Notes under the pieces: generated by a model | Databases searched by the model: none | What the model saw: only the letters and a program-made list of their open reading frames with translations | What the model was told of the DNA's origin: nothing | Shown here: in pieces, positions 16,492 through 26,842 of the stretch | Position numbering within the stretch: position 1 is the first letter of the stretch | Layout: each line of letters starts with the position of its first letter | Virus record (IMG/VR): IMGVR_UViG_3300045285_000115 | Location: 4,053-68,052 of that record | Length of the DNA: 64,000 nucleotides | Direction: 5' to 3' (one strand) | Source of the DNA: a virus | Taxonomy: Duplodnaviria; Caudoviricetes | Made by a program: the position numbers and the translations under genes

Positions 16492-19375
16492 GGGGTTTTC
16501 CTTTGAAGAACCGTTTGCAATAACCTGCCGCCCGTACCGGATCGGCCACAAGGGTACAGTGCGGCCCATCGGTCACGAACATCGAACAGACGCCGCAGTA
16601 TTTGCCGGCATGTGGCGACGTTGCAACGTAGCCGACGGAGGAATGGGGAAGTTTCTTATCCTCTCCGTTCTTGATCGGCTTCGTCGTATCGCCGTTCTCA
16701 AGCCAGTGTTTGAATTGTTCGACCGTCATTTCCTCGATGTGACCGAGCCGCAGATGTGCCTTGCCATCGGAGAACGCCTTGGCATAGCAGGTGCGGACTT
16801 GAACTTCCGAGGCGAAGCACAAAAATGTTTTATGTTCATCGAAGCGACCGGTTTCCGCGTTCTTCTGATCAATTACGAACGCCTTGGGCGATTTCAGATG
16901 CGTTCCCAAATAAACATCGACGTGATCCCGATCCTTTCCCTCCGTGCCCTTTATGTAGCCGTATGCACATGGCATACGAACCGACCATTTCTTGCCGTCT
17001 TTGTCGATGCCCGAACGTTCGTGCCCCTTCGCGTTCTCAATCGTCAGATCAAGACCAAAAATATGCACATGGTCTTTGGCATAATTATTTGCCGTTTTCT
17101 GGCCTTCGGTAGGATTCTTTTCAATATTCTCCGCGTTGACCCTTCCCCCATGCTGGCGTAAAGGAACGACATGGCCTCCCCGGCGAAAGCCCTGTTCATT
17201 CTCTACTGCGCCGCCGTCATGCTGCTCGGCTGGTGGCCGTGGAACTTCTACCTGTTGCTGTTCGGCGCCTGCTGGCGTTGGCGCCTCGATGGCCGTTATA
17301 CCCATTTGCTTCAACGACCGCGCGAGGTTGGTACTGGCGAGCGTGACGGCCGCCCGGGTTGACGGAGTGGTGTTGCTTTGCGCCCGCCGCACCGCCTGTT
17401 GCCACTGTTTAAGTTGATTGGTCACCGTCGGCATCAGGCCCGAGATCGCGCGCGCTTCCTTCGCTTCGCCGATCTTGCCCACCACCTGGGCCGCGCCTTT
17501 GCCGACCGCCATGCCGGCTAATTCGCCGACGTAGGGCAATCCCAGCCCGTGCCCGAGGAATCCACCGATCACCGCCGCCGTATTGCTCGTGACCTTGTTG
17601 CCGATCTTTTGTAGGAACGTCGCGGTATTCGACCAATTGGCGCCCGCCTGCGGGACTTCCAGTTGCCGCATCAAATCGGCGTAGCGTTGCAGCATCGCGC
17701 GTTCCTGCTGGGAGAACACGACACGCGCCAGTTCCTTACCGTCGCCGTTCAAAAACTGGTTGATGCGATTGGCAACCTTGCCCGGCCCCCAGTCCGTCAC
17801 TCCCGGCGGAGTCTCAGTTAACCGCGAGAACAATCCCTGCCGTGCCCCAATCCATTCCGGCGACTGCTCGCCGAGAATCGATTTGATCCGCTGTGCTACT
17901 GCCACGTCCCGGGTATTGGGGTTGACCCCCGACCGTCCGTAGATGAAATCGGCAACATCGTTGCCGTGCGCGGCTGGCGTATTTCCCTTGCCGAGAATTT
18001 TTTCCACTGCGCCGCCAACCGGATCGCTCTTACCTTTACTAAATATTGATTTGTAATCCGCATAGGCCGCACGCGCATCGTTCCATGCCCCAACCGCGCG
18101 CGCATCACCAGTGAACTGTCCGCCATTTACTGCCGCGTTGATCCGCTCGTCGAACGCATCGATCACCGCCTGCGCCGCGCGTCCGTCCGCCGCATTGCCA
18201 CTCGCATAGGCATCGCGCCGCATCGAAGAGAGACGCTTACGCATCTGATCGACGCCCGCGAGGTTGACCCCGACAATATTTTCCGGGTTGGGTTGGCCGA
18301 AGGGATCGGCGCGGTTTTGAATGCGTAATTGCGAAATACGCTTTTCCAAATCATCGATCATATGTGCCGCGTGTGGCGTCAGTCTTTCATCGATGATCAC
18401 CGGTTCCGTGCCGAGCGACAAATCGCCCTTGATGCCTTGGCCTATACCCTCAAATGCCCCGGCATGAATCTCGCCCGGCAGCCCCCGCGCCGTCTCGTAG
18501 GCTTGAGTGACGTCAGTTTTGGCCGTTTTCGCCGCACTCTTAACGCCCGCCGAAACAACTTCCCCCGCTTCCTGCGGGCCTGCGGCGATGATTTGCCCAC
18601 CCAAGGTATCAAGCGACTTTGCGATATCACCCTTGGCGGCGGCGAGCTCCGCTTCCTGTTGCGTTGCGAATTTGGCAGCCGCCTGTTGCGCGGGCTTTCC
18701 TGAAGTCCCACGCAACGCCGCTTGCTCGCGCTGGATGGTGGAAAGGTCGCCGACCGCCTGTCCTTCGCTCAAGGTCACGCCGAACGGACCGGTCGACGGT
18801 GCCGGGCGCGGAGGTGGCGCGGGCGGGGGCGGAACGGAAGGACGAAACGCCCCTCCCGCCGTTGGCATGCCGGCGCGCGGTGAAAGCAATCCCAAGGCGG
18901 TTTCCATCTGCGGCTCGATATCCCGGGAAATCTGCTCACGCGAAGGCATCGGCGCCGGTTCCTTGCCGCGCAGATACGAAATCCCCCGCGCGATCGGTTC
19001 GCCAATGGCTTGCACGGCCTTGGCTTCCAGGTCCGCGAGATAGGGAGCGGCGGTTTTGACTGTGCCCGTGATCGGCGAAGCCGCCAACTCCGGTATCGCC
19101 GTAAGTCCACGGCCCGTCGCCATAAAGCTCTCTGGCATAGAAAAGAATGGCAGCTTGCTCTCGGCCTCATGGCGCGCCCGCACGGCCTCTGAGAATGGAT
19201 TAAGCGTGGCGTTCAAGCCTGAAACAGCCGAATGTCCGGCCTCGTAGATATTGCCGAGCAAGCCAGCTTTGGGTGCTGTGTCCACCGTCTCAAATGGCCG
19301 CGAGGGATCGAACGGCGGTTTGTCGACCGTAAACGGTTGCGACGGATCAAACGGCGGCTTTTCTTCGTCGGCCAT
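16481..19375 (-). CDS. large virion/ejection-type protein with C-terminal InPase and HiPIP-like domains
   Basis: 964 aa; GYIKGTEGKDRDHVDVYLG...FDEHK (InPase); CGVC-x8-C-x12-GYC (HiPIP-like). Confidence 0.8.
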   Translation of the reverse strand: MADEEKPPFDPSQPFTVDKPPFDPSRPFETVDTAPKAGLLGNIYEAGHSAVSGLNATLNPFSEAVRARHEAESKLPFFSMPESFMATGRGLTAIPELAASPITGTVKTAAPYLADLEAKAVQAIGEPIARGISYLRGKEPAPMPSREQISRDIEPQMETALGLLSPRAGMPTAGGAFRPSVPPPPAPPPRPAPSTGPFGVTLSEGQAVGDLSTIQREQAALRGTSGKPAQQAAAKFATQQEAELAAAKGDIAKSLDTLGGQIIAAGPQEAGEVVSAGVKSAAKTAKTDVTQAYETARGLPGEIHAGAFEGIGQGIKGDLSLGTEPVIIDERLTPHAAHMIDDLEKRISQLRIQNRADPFGQPNPENIVGVNLAGVDQMRKRLSSMRRDAYASGNAADGRAAQAVIDAFDERINAAVNGGQFTGDARAVGAWNDARAAYADYKSIFSKGKSDPVGGAVEKILGKGNTPAAHGNDVADFIYGRSGVNPNTRDVAVAQRIKSILGEQSPEWIGARQGLFSRLTETPPGVTDWGPGKVANRINQFLNGDGKELARVVFSQQERAMLQRYADLMRQLEVPQAGANWSNTATFLQKIGNKVTSNTAAVIGGFLGHGLGLPYVGELAGMAVGKGAAQVVGKIGEAKEARAISGLMPTVTNQLKQWQQAVRRAQSNTTPSTRAAVTLASTNLARSLKQMGITAIEAPTPAGAEQQQVEVPRPPAEQHDGGAVENEQGFRRGGHVVPLRQHGGRVNAENIEKNPTEGQKTANNYAKDHVHIFGLDLTIENAKGHERSGIDKDGKKWSVRMPCAYGYIKGTEGKDRDHVDVYLGTHLKSPKAFVIDQKNAETGRFDEHKTFLCFASEVQVRTCYAKAFSDGKAHLRLGHIEEMTVEQFKHWLENGDTTKPIKNGEDKKLPHSSVGYVATSPHAGKYCGVCSMFVTDGPHCTLVADPVRAAGYCKRFFKGKPHAN

Positions 19376-22213
19376 TTATTTGTAGGTTCCGTCGGGCTGT
19401 AGCGTATAGGTGTGACCGTTCTGGATCACGGTGGCGGGCTTGGCTGGCGCAGGTGCCGCCCCGCCACCGGCAGGTACGGGCGTTGTCGGCATGGTGGTCG
19501 ACGGCGGAGGTGCCTTCCCCGAAATCCGCGCCAGAATCGCCTGCCGTACGGTTTCCGGCGCGATTTTGGCGGCTTCCATTTCCCTGCCCATCTGATCGAG
19601 CACGGCGGAAATTTCCTCGTGGCTCGACGCCTTGCGCAACAGTTCCTCCGCCGCCTGCTGCGCGTGAACCGAGTTGGTGCCGGTACGACTCATCGCCTGC
19701 GAATAGGCGGTCATCGTCCCGCGCAATGCGGTAACATAGCGCGCAAGCGCCGGGCTGCTGCTGCCCGCCTGCACCATCTGCACCGCCTTGTTCCACGGCA
19801 CGAAAGAGGTACGCGGCAATGCGGCAGATGCTTCCAGCGCCAGCGGGAAGGTATTTTTCGCTTCCTCGACCGCAAATTCCACTTGGGCGGCACGCTGCGC
19901 CGACACTCGCGCCGCGCCCACATTGGCGGCAAAATTAGCATTTGCTGCCGCGATGTCGGGGCCGCTCTTGCCTTCATCTCGCATTATTTGGTTCATGCGC
20001 TCGCGCACGGCGACGATGTTCATCGGTCCTTGCACGCCACGGCCGAGGTTCTGGAACACAGACTTGTCGCCGGCCAGAGCCTGACGCGCCAAGGTATCGA
20101 CGGTTTCGGGACTGAACAAGCCGGCACCGGCCTTCGCAATAGATGCTTTTTGTACATAGTCAGGATCATGCGGCCCACCCGGCGTCGGAACCAGGGTTCC
20201 GTCGTCCTTTTCCGTCCAGCCGAATTGCTTTTCGCGCGCCCCCGCTTCCGCGCGAATGGTTTCAGGATCATGCGGCCCGCCGGGAGTCGGCACGAGCTTG
20301 CCGTTGTCGGCCTTGGTCCAGCCGAACGGCTCGCGGTGCTGGCGTTTTGCTTCCTCGAACTGCTTCGTCTGCAACGCGAGATGTTTCTGCGCCTGTTCCG
20401 CATGGAGCGCGAGATTATCCGCCGCCTGATTGATCTTTTGCTGATTCATCGCCTCGGCGCGTTGTTCACGGCCCAAGCCCTGATAGGTCTCCAACCCGCG
20501 CAAGCCCCCTTCACCGACCGCCACGCCCGGGAACGGCGATTTCGAGGCCATCATGCCCAAGCCTGCCGCCATTAGTGATGGCCATATATTCGATTGCGCG
20601 GAGGACCACGGCACGGATTCGCCGACGCCTGGTCGCAACGTCGCGGGCGGGGCACCGCTGCCGTAGCGCTCCAAGATACGGTTGGCGATGGGGGTATTGG
20701 TTGCCGCGGGCGCTAATCCCGGCGTGCCGGTTTGCGCAAACGGCAAAGCCTCACCTGATGTCCCGCCGGTAATCTGCGGCGGCAAATCGAGATCACGACT
20801 GGCGCGCCACGCCGCCATAGCCTCTGGGGACACCTCGCCCGGAACCTGATCGGGCGGCAGTTCGATCACGTCCCCGCCTTCCTGCCGGTGCGGTATGAAT
20901 CCGCCAATCCCGAATCCGGCCCGCGCTGGGACGTTGATGCGATTGTGGTGGGGAAGCCGATCGACCAGACCGCCCCGGGCATAAATCGCGCCTTCGCCGA
21001 ATCCGGCTTCCGGCGCCATTCCGGGGGTCTGGACTGGGCCTTCGGGAGGGGCCGCCAAATCCATGGGAGCACCCGTGGTGCGGTTTCCCGTGTTCCCCGT
21101 GCCCTTGAACGCGGATGCGATCCTTTGCGCATCGGCGATCATCTTATCGGCGCCTGATTGGGGCGTTCCCGGGGGCTTGGGCGGCCCTGCGCCACGGGTC
21201 AACTGCGTCGGCGGCAGGAACCCGGAAACGCCGCCGTAAACCGGTTGGCCAATGAGCACCGGAACCCCGCCATCGGCAAAACCGGGATAGGGCTGATCGG
21301 CCTCTTCCGCGTTCACGCCACCGCCCTTGGCGCCGAACATGGTCTTGAGATAGCCCGATGGCCCAAATCCGCCCGTGCCCCCGAGGACACCGATGGCGCC
21401 AAGCCCAAGCCCACCCAACTGGCCAAGCAATGACGGAGGCGGTCCCGTAGTGGTCGAGGTGCCCCCCATCTGGCTTCCTACCCCGGTATCTATTCCCGCG
21501 AGCCATTGCCATTGCTGGTAGGGAAAGGCTTGCTGCATCAGGAATTGGTTATAGAGCGCGGCGTCAAGCTGCTGCTTGTTCTGCTGTTCCAAGGTCCCGG
21601 CCTGGATTTGCGCCCCCGCGCCGGTCAGCCCCGCCTGCTGGCCCGCCACTCCGAGATTACCGAGCGAATAGGCGCCCTGCGCCTGCTGCTGCTTCGCCGC
21701 GAGCGCGAGTTGTGCCGCCTGATTGAAGCCCTGCGATTCAAGTCCCGCGATAACCGGGGCCTGCGATAGCTGCTGCTGGCCGGCGAGATTGGCCTGCGCC
21801 ACGCCTACGCGGTCACCTCCTAACGCCCCTTGCAGCGCGGCGTTGCCCAGCACTTGCTGCTGCTGCTGGGCGTTCATGTTCTGGAATTGCGCCTCGGTCG
21901 CGCCGACGACGTTCTGCTGCCACGGGTTATAATAATTCTGGATGTCGCCCGAAGAAATTGGGGTGGCACCCGACAGTGCCATCATTTCGGCGGCGGAAAT
22001 TGCCGGCTGGGCGGATTCCGCGTATCTGTTGATGCCGCCAATGCCGCCGTACTGTTGCGGGTTAATTCCAGCTACAAATTCGCCGCCATATGTTTGAAAC
22101 GGATTCTGGTTTACGACGCCCTGGGCGCCTCCAATCAATTGATTGTAAGCCGTCATCGCATACGGATTCGGCGACGTGTTGGTGGTCGTCGTTTGACTAC
22201 CCTTGTTTCCCAT
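19376..22213 (-). CDS. DNA-transfer/ejection (internal virion) protein
   Basis: 945 aa Q/A/G-rich; follows GNAT as in P22-like podoviruses; internal repeat FGWT...LVPTPGGPHDP x2. Confidence 0.75.
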   Translation of the reverse strand: MGNKGSQTTTTNTSPNPYAMTAYNQLIGGAQGVVNQNPFQTYGGEFVAGINPQQYGGIGGINRYAESAQPAISAAEMMALSGATPISSGDIQNYYNPWQQNVVGATEAQFQNMNAQQQQQVLGNAALQGALGGDRVGVAQANLAGQQQLSQAPVIAGLESQGFNQAAQLALAAKQQQAQGAYSLGNLGVAGQQAGLTGAGAQIQAGTLEQQNKQQLDAALYNQFLMQQAFPYQQWQWLAGIDTGVGSQMGGTSTTTGPPPSLLGQLGGLGLGAIGVLGGTGGFGPSGYLKTMFGAKGGGVNAEEADQPYPGFADGGVPVLIGQPVYGGVSGFLPPTQLTRGAGPPKPPGTPQSGADKMIADAQRIASAFKGTGNTGNRTTGAPMDLAAPPEGPVQTPGMAPEAGFGEGAIYARGGLVDRLPHHNRINVPARAGFGIGGFIPHRQEGGDVIELPPDQVPGEVSPEAMAAWRASRDLDLPPQITGGTSGEALPFAQTGTPGLAPAATNTPIANRILERYGSGAPPATLRPGVGESVPWSSAQSNIWPSLMAAGLGMMASKSPFPGVAVGEGGLRGLETYQGLGREQRAEAMNQQKINQAADNLALHAEQAQKHLALQTKQFEEAKRQHREPFGWTKADNGKLVPTPGGPHDPETIRAEAGAREKQFGWTEKDDGTLVPTPGGPHDPDYVQKASIAKAGAGLFSPETVDTLARQALAGDKSVFQNLGRGVQGPMNIVAVRERMNQIMRDEGKSGPDIAAANANFAANVGAARVSAQRAAQVEFAVEEAKNTFPLALEASAALPRTSFVPWNKAVQMVQAGSSSPALARYVTALRGTMTAYSQAMSRTGTNSVHAQQAAEELLRKASSHEEISAVLDQMGREMEAAKIAPETVRQAILARISGKAPPPSTTMPTTPVPAGGGAAPAPAKPATVIQNGHTYTLQPDGTYK

Positions 22214-22230
22214 CGCCTGTTTCTCTATTT

Positions 22231-22421
22231 GTTTGTTTCATGAGAGGGAAGCGCGGATTGATAGGATCATCGGTCACCTGAGGTTTGCGGTGCGCCCCGG
22301 CGCCTTGCCAAGAGCCTAGGTCTCCTTGTATGCCGTGAGCGAGGACGGCCCAGGGCTCTTACCGGGATTTCCTCAGGTGACCGATAATCCTCTCCTATCT
22401 GCTCCGCCCTCATGAACCAAC
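22231..22421. repeat. inverted pair of bipartite repeats (empty element, long hairpin)
   Basis: arms 22231-22278 and 22376-22421; perfect 15-bp IR ATCGGTCACCTGAGG/CCTCAGGTGACCGAT. Confidence 0.85.
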
Positions 22422-22423
22422 CT

Positions 22424-22990
22424 TTACATCATCCCCGCCATTGCCGCGGTATGAATTGCAATCGGCAGCGGCAGCGACTTTTCTTTCCGGGCCGCAAATG
22501 TCGCGCGCCAGAAATCCTCATTCGCATAGTCATCGCCAGCCCAGCGGGCGGGACGGTTATGCACGAAGAATGCACCGGCCGGCGTTCCCAATATTCGCCG
22601 ATAAAGCCTCACCTTCGGCGCCATTTGTTTGTTGGTCAGAACCCCGATCACCAGCGGAATTCCGATCTTCTCGGCACATTCCTTGGCAAAGGCGATCAGC
22701 GTTTTGGCATGATCGGACTCCCTGGCATCCGGCCGCACGTAATTGAACAATTCTTCCAGATGGTTTTCCTTCGTGTACCAGAATCGCGTGATCAACAGAC
22801 AGATCATCGCCTTGATGTTCTTCGGCTCCCCGATCACCCCGATGATCCCGCCCTTGCGGTCGAAGGACAGATTGAACGTCTCGCGCGCACAATCCTCGTC
22901 CAACGAGAGCATCCCGCATTCCCCGTGCATGAGATGCAGGAGGAGCATGATCTCGCCTTCGTCGGCGCGGGTGGCTATGCGGACGGTCAT
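22424..22990 (-). CDS. GNAT-family acetyltransferase (virion-associated)
   Basis: MTVRIATRAD...YVRPDAR...LIAFAKECA; typical position before ejection genes. Confidence 0.75.
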   Translation of the reverse strand: MTVRIATRADEGEIMLLLHLMHGECGMLSLDEDCARETFNLSFDRKGGIIGVIGEPKNIKAMICLLITRFWYTKENHLEELFNYVRPDARESDHAKTLIAFAKECAEKIGIPLVIGVLTNKQMAPKVRLYRRILGTPAGAFFVHNRPARWAGDDYANEDFWRATFAARKEKSLPLPIAIHTAAMAGMM

Positions 22991-23211
22991 GATTCACACA
23001 CAATGCAGCTAATTTCACGCACGGGCGATGGCTTCCTCCCCGCCATGATCTCCGCGATGTCCGCATTCAATCGAGCGTGATCAATGGCGGGTATCTCTTC
23101 GGTCATTTCCTGTCCATAGGCATCAAGGCCCGTGACGGTCAGAAATTTCCTCGGCAAGTTATATTTGCCGGACAAAATAAGCGCGGCTTCGACTGCGTTG
23201 CGGTATATCAT
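22987..23211 (-). CDS. small protein resembling a fragment of structural protein 39519-40808
   Basis: FLTVTGLDAYGQEMTEEI vs FLVTGYDVRRNLMTELI. Confidence 0.5.
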   Translation of the reverse strand: MIYRNAVEAALILSGKYNLPRKFLTVTGLDAYGQEMTEEIPAIDHARLNADIAEIMAGRKPSPVREISCIVCES

Positions 23212-23903
23212 AGCAGCAAGCCTAGCGTGCGGGCGTAGTATAGAGGATCATGATTGTACTTTTTGTTGTTGCATCGGCCGCATAAAAACTGAAGATTTTT
23301 CCGATCATCCGTCCCTCCTTTGCTTAGCGGTACAATGTGATCGACATGTCTAAATCTTTTACCGAGCACAGACGTACAATATGCGCACTTTCCTCCTTGT
23401 GCCCTAAAGATTTCAGCCAAATCCTCCGCAGTGTGAGAACCGGCACTTGCTAATTTCCTCGCTCGGCGCCTGTTGCGATATTCACGTTTTTTATCCCAGT
23501 TTGCTTCGTACCATTGCCTGTTCCACTCGTTCATTTTTTCTCGATTGGCGGCATAAAAGCGCCGCAAAACTTGTTTTGCCAATTCGGGATTGTCTCGTCT
23601 CCATTTACTAACCTTTTCCCTTAACCGCTCTTGATTCTGAATATAATAAATGCGCGCCTTCTCTAGTTCCTGTTCGCGATTGGCATAGTACCGCACCCGC
23701 ATCTGTTTGAGAGCTTTCTCACGATTTTCGGCATGCCACAGTAGTTTATCGTTACCCGTACAGCGAATGCAGTCTGTGTTAGATACATATCGTTCACATA
23801 CATGTCCGCGCGGACATGGTTTCCCAGTAAAATAGCGCTTAAGTCCATGACTTCTCGCCTCTTTACAAGAGATGATTCGCAACGTAGCGTCATCATCAGC
23901 CAT
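23208..23903 (-). CDS. HNH homing endonuclease
   Basis: GLKRYFTGKPCPRGH N-terminus; CAYC...HVDHIVPLSKGG...NLQFLCGRCN; AT-rich. Confidence 0.9.
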   Translation of the reverse strand: MADDDATLRIISCKEARSHGLKRYFTGKPCPRGHVCERYVSNTDCIRCTGNDKLLWHAENREKALKQMRVRYYANREQELEKARIYYIQNQERLREKVSKWRRDNPELAKQVLRRFYAANREKMNEWNRQWYEANWDKKREYRNRRRARKLASAGSHTAEDLAEIFRAQGGKCAYCTSVLGKRFRHVDHIVPLSKGGTDDRKNLQFLCGRCNNKKYNHDPLYYARTLGLLL

Positions 23904-23979
23904 TTCGAGTCCCCTATACTCGTTTTGGTTAGGGGTCCGCGAGGCGTTGGACGCACCTTGCGGACCTCGTTGACTTATA

Positions 23980-25041
23980 TCACGACTTCGCCGGTCCTGG
24001 TAGTTTTTTCAGCGTTTTGATGTGTTTTTCGCGGTTGCTCTTGACCCACATATCGAGCACCTTGTGCCCATGATCGACATTCCCACCACCAATAGCCGCC
24101 ACCACATGGGGCGGCACAACATACTCGCCGCCCGCCGTCACGACCTCGACCGGCGATCCGACATCATGCCCACGGCCGCCGCCCTGTGAAGTCATCACGC
24201 CTTGCAATTTGGGCGGCCTCGGCAAACTTCCGTGCCCCATCTTCGGCGCGCCAGCCCCGAACGGCCCACTATGAAACATGCGATTGAGCACGGCATAACC
24301 GGCCTGCGTATTGCCCTGGCCCAGCGAACTCACGTGGTCTGCCGGGAGGACGTAGCTTCCTGAGGGAACTTTCATCCCGTGACGATCTGTGCGGCCCGGA
24401 ACAATCGAGGGTATCGGCCCCGTGTGCATCATGCCCCTGGCCTCGTTCCGCACGAACCAAGGTGCGGGCGGTCCGCCCAGCGCCAACCTTTGAATCCCCC
24501 CGCCGTCCTTGCTGCCCATGGCCCCGGAACCCGCGCCGGGAAACCCCCCAAAACCGCCCATGCCGCCTGCGCCGGGATACCATAAGGGAATGGCGTTGAC
24601 GTAAGAAGGGTTGCCCGGCGGCCCCAAGCCGAATCGTCCTATGCCGCCGTAGGGCGGAGCAGAATTCCCCCAAGCCCCCCCGCCGGCATCCGGTGTCCCA
24701 AAGCCGGGCGCAGGCGGGGGCTCCGGCTGCGCTGGCGGCGGGGAATAACTCCCAGTTGGCGGAGACGGAGGTGGCGGCGGGGGCATCGCAGCCCCCAGCC
24801 CCCCCGTCGGCATGGGCGGGCCTGAGACCGGGGCGGCGTTGGGATTGGCAAAACCGCCGATGTCGAAGTGGATGCGGCCGCCTTTTTTGCGGCCCTTTTT
24901 CCGCGCCTCGCGCTGGGTATTGAGGGCAATCGCGATTGCCTGAGCCCGCGATTTCACATGCGGACTTTTGCCGATATCTTCGTCCAGCGTCCGCATGTTG
25001 GTCCGCAGGGCAGATTTCGATGACGAATGGAGCAGGGGCAT
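23980..25041 (-). CDS. Gly/Pro-rich internal virion protein
   Basis: GRTD...VPSGSYVLPADHVSSLGQGNT; GGEYVVPP. Confidence 0.7.
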   Translation of the reverse strand: MPLLHSSSKSALRTNMRTLDEDIGKSPHVKSRAQAIAIALNTQREARKKGRKKGGRIHFDIGGFANPNAAPVSGPPMPTGGLGAAMPPPPPPSPPTGSYSPPPAQPEPPPAPGFGTPDAGGGAWGNSAPPYGGIGRFGLGPPGNPSYVNAIPLWYPGAGGMGGFGGFPGAGSGAMGSKDGGGIQRLALGGPPAPWFVRNEARGMMHTGPIPSIVPGRTDRHGMKVPSGSYVLPADHVSSLGQGNTQAGYAVLNRMFHSGPFGAGAPKMGHGSLPRPPKLQGVMTSQGGGRGHDVGSPVEVVTAGGEYVVPPHVVAAIGGGNVDHGHKVLDMWVKSNREKHIKTLKKLPGPAKS

Positions 25042-25050
25042 GGTCGCACC

Positions 25051-25632
25051 TTAAGTGATTCGCGCATCGATCGCCCCATCGGCCGCGACTTGGGCGCGGA
25101 TAATTTCGTGGGCATCGGCGGGGCCAAGTTCCATCCGGCCCACAAGATAATTATAGGTTTCCCGGTAAGATTCCGGGACCGGTTCGTGGTCCGCTATCCG
25201 GCGGCGGATAATGGTCAAAGCTCCCGCCGCGCCGGCGATCTTGCGCAGGCGTCGATATTCCACCTCATAGCCTTGAGGTATGTCGCCGCCGCGCCGCTGC
25301 CGGTCGAGTTCGGCGCGCGCAAGCCGCGCCTTCGTCGTATCGGTGTTGCCGCGGTAGCCGGGATTCTCGCGCGCGGCCTTCAATGCCGCCCTCACCTTCG
25401 TCGAAAATTTCGGATCACGGTGCATCGCCTTGAGCCGTTGTGACGCGCGGCGTTTGTTTTCCTTGGTGTAGCGTTTAGCCCGCCTCATCCGCTCATGATT
25501 GGGGTCGCTACGCACTTTTTTCATGATCGCGCGCGAGCGTTCGCGTAATGCCGGATCGGCCATGATCTTGCGCATGCGCTCGGCATGAAATGCGCGACGC
25601 GGATCATCCTTCGCCCACGGCTTACCGGCCAT
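25051..25632 (-). CDS. Arg-rich putative DNA-binding protein (NUMOD-like repeats)
   Basis: repeated RM.K.(M/H).DP units. Confidence 0.6.
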   Translation of the reverse strand: MAGKPWAKDDPRRAFHAERMRKIMADPALRERSRAIMKKVRSDPNHERMRRAKRYTKENKRRASQRLKAMHRDPKFSTKVRAALKAARENPGYRGNTDTTKARLARAELDRQRRGGDIPQGYEVEYRRLRKIAGAAGALTIIRRRIADHEPVPESYRETYNYLVGRMELGPADAHEIIRAQVAADGAIDARIT

Positions 25633-25649
25633 TGCTGCCTTCCTGGTTT

Positions 25650-25791
25650 GTTTGGTTCATGAGAGGTGCGCCCGTAGGTTAGTCGGGGCGGTCAACCGAG
25701 GTAATCCCAGCAGGAAGCCGGCGCGTCAACACGGAGATTCTTACCTGACCGCCCGGATCACGCCACCGCCTGGGCCGGCGTTTGAACCAAA
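25650..25791. repeat. inverted pair of bipartite repeats (right arm degenerate)
   Basis: GTTTGGTTCATGA-N26-CGGTCAACC (25650-25697); CCTGACCG-N28-GTTTGAACCAAA (25744-25791). Confidence 0.75.
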
Positions 25792-25796
25792 TCTTT

Positions 25797-26063
25797 TTAA
25801 GCCGCCTTCTCCGCATCGAACACACCCATGCAGCGGAGTTTGTTTCTCGCCCTCATCAACCTGCGTTCGATTTCCTGCAACAGCAAGACAACAATCTCGC
25901 GGAACAGAGACTCCTTGTCCTCCCCCTTGATCTTTATCAGCGTGTGACCCGCCGTATTCAAGGTGAAGTCTCCTGCCTTGGATATCAACAGCGCCTGCCG
26001 TTCCAGTCCTTCGATCTCGTCAACGAGCGCTGCTGCGCTGCGCACTTCCTCTTTCGTCATCAC
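25797..26063 (-). CDS. hypothetical protein
   Basis: 88 aa, coupled. Confidence 0.65.
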   Translation of the reverse strand: MMTKEEVRSAAALVDEIEGLERQALLISKAGDFTLNTAGHTLIKIKGEDKESLFREIVVLLLQEIERRLMRARNKLRCMGVFDAEKAA

Positions 26064-26791
26064 CCATCTCCGTTCCCATTGGTCACGTCATGCTCATCCC
26101 GATCCGGGCTATACCATCCATCCTTGCGCGGTCCACAGCAAATCACGAAGAGATAATGCGCCATCTGGGGAAAATTCGACCCGATCATTTCATCGTTCAT
26201 GGTGAACAGAAACACGTTCTTGAAATAGCCCCGCATGTCGGACTTGAGTTGTTCCCCCGAGCGGCAATTGACGTGCCCGGCCTTGGAGATGTCCGCGGCA
26301 TGCTGCTGCGCTTCCAATGACGGCACCCCGGCGATGAAGATGCCATCGCTGATCAACGAAGCGCAGATGTGCCGCATGCACCTTGGTTCCGATGAGGGCC
26401 GGATATGTTCGAGCACGTCGACCATGTAGACCGCATCGAACCGCACCCCCGGAATGGCTTTCCACAGCGGCCCGTCGAGAATGTCCCAGGTGGTAATGCG
26501 CGGCTCGTAATTCTTCCACACCGGATCGAAGTCGAAAAGATCAAGCTTGATCACCTTGCGCCGCACGATTTCCGACATGAAGCCATCGGCACAGCCGATT
26601 TCCGCGACCCGGCCCAACCCCTTGACGTGCTGCGCAACGAAGCGATAGCGCGCGGCCACGAACGAGAGCCTATCCGGATTCCACCGCCACGTCGAGCCGA
26701 TCATCGGCCCCAAGGTGACGGGCGGCTCGGCAAAGCAGGCGGCATATTGCGGCTCGCGGGTGACGATGGGTTGCGGGATGTAGTCGTTCAT
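26060..26791 (-). CDS. class I SAM-dependent methyltransferase
   Basis: VAEIGCADG; FDAVYMVDVLEHI. Confidence 0.85.
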   Translation of the reverse strand: MNDYIPQPIVTREPQYAACFAEPPVTLGPMIGSTWRWNPDRLSFVAARYRFVAQHVKGLGRVAEIGCADGFMSEIVRRKVIKLDLFDFDPVWKNYEPRITTWDILDGPLWKAIPGVRFDAVYMVDVLEHIRPSSEPRCMRHICASLISDGIFIAGVPSLEAQQHAADISKAGHVNCRSGEQLKSDMRGYFKNVFLFTMNDEMIGSNFPQMAHYLFVICCGPRKDGWYSPDRDEHDVTNGNGDG

Positions 26792-26842
26792 GTATGTTCT
26801 ACCTGTCGCGTCAGAAAGGAATCGGTCAGCGCGTTCTTTGAG

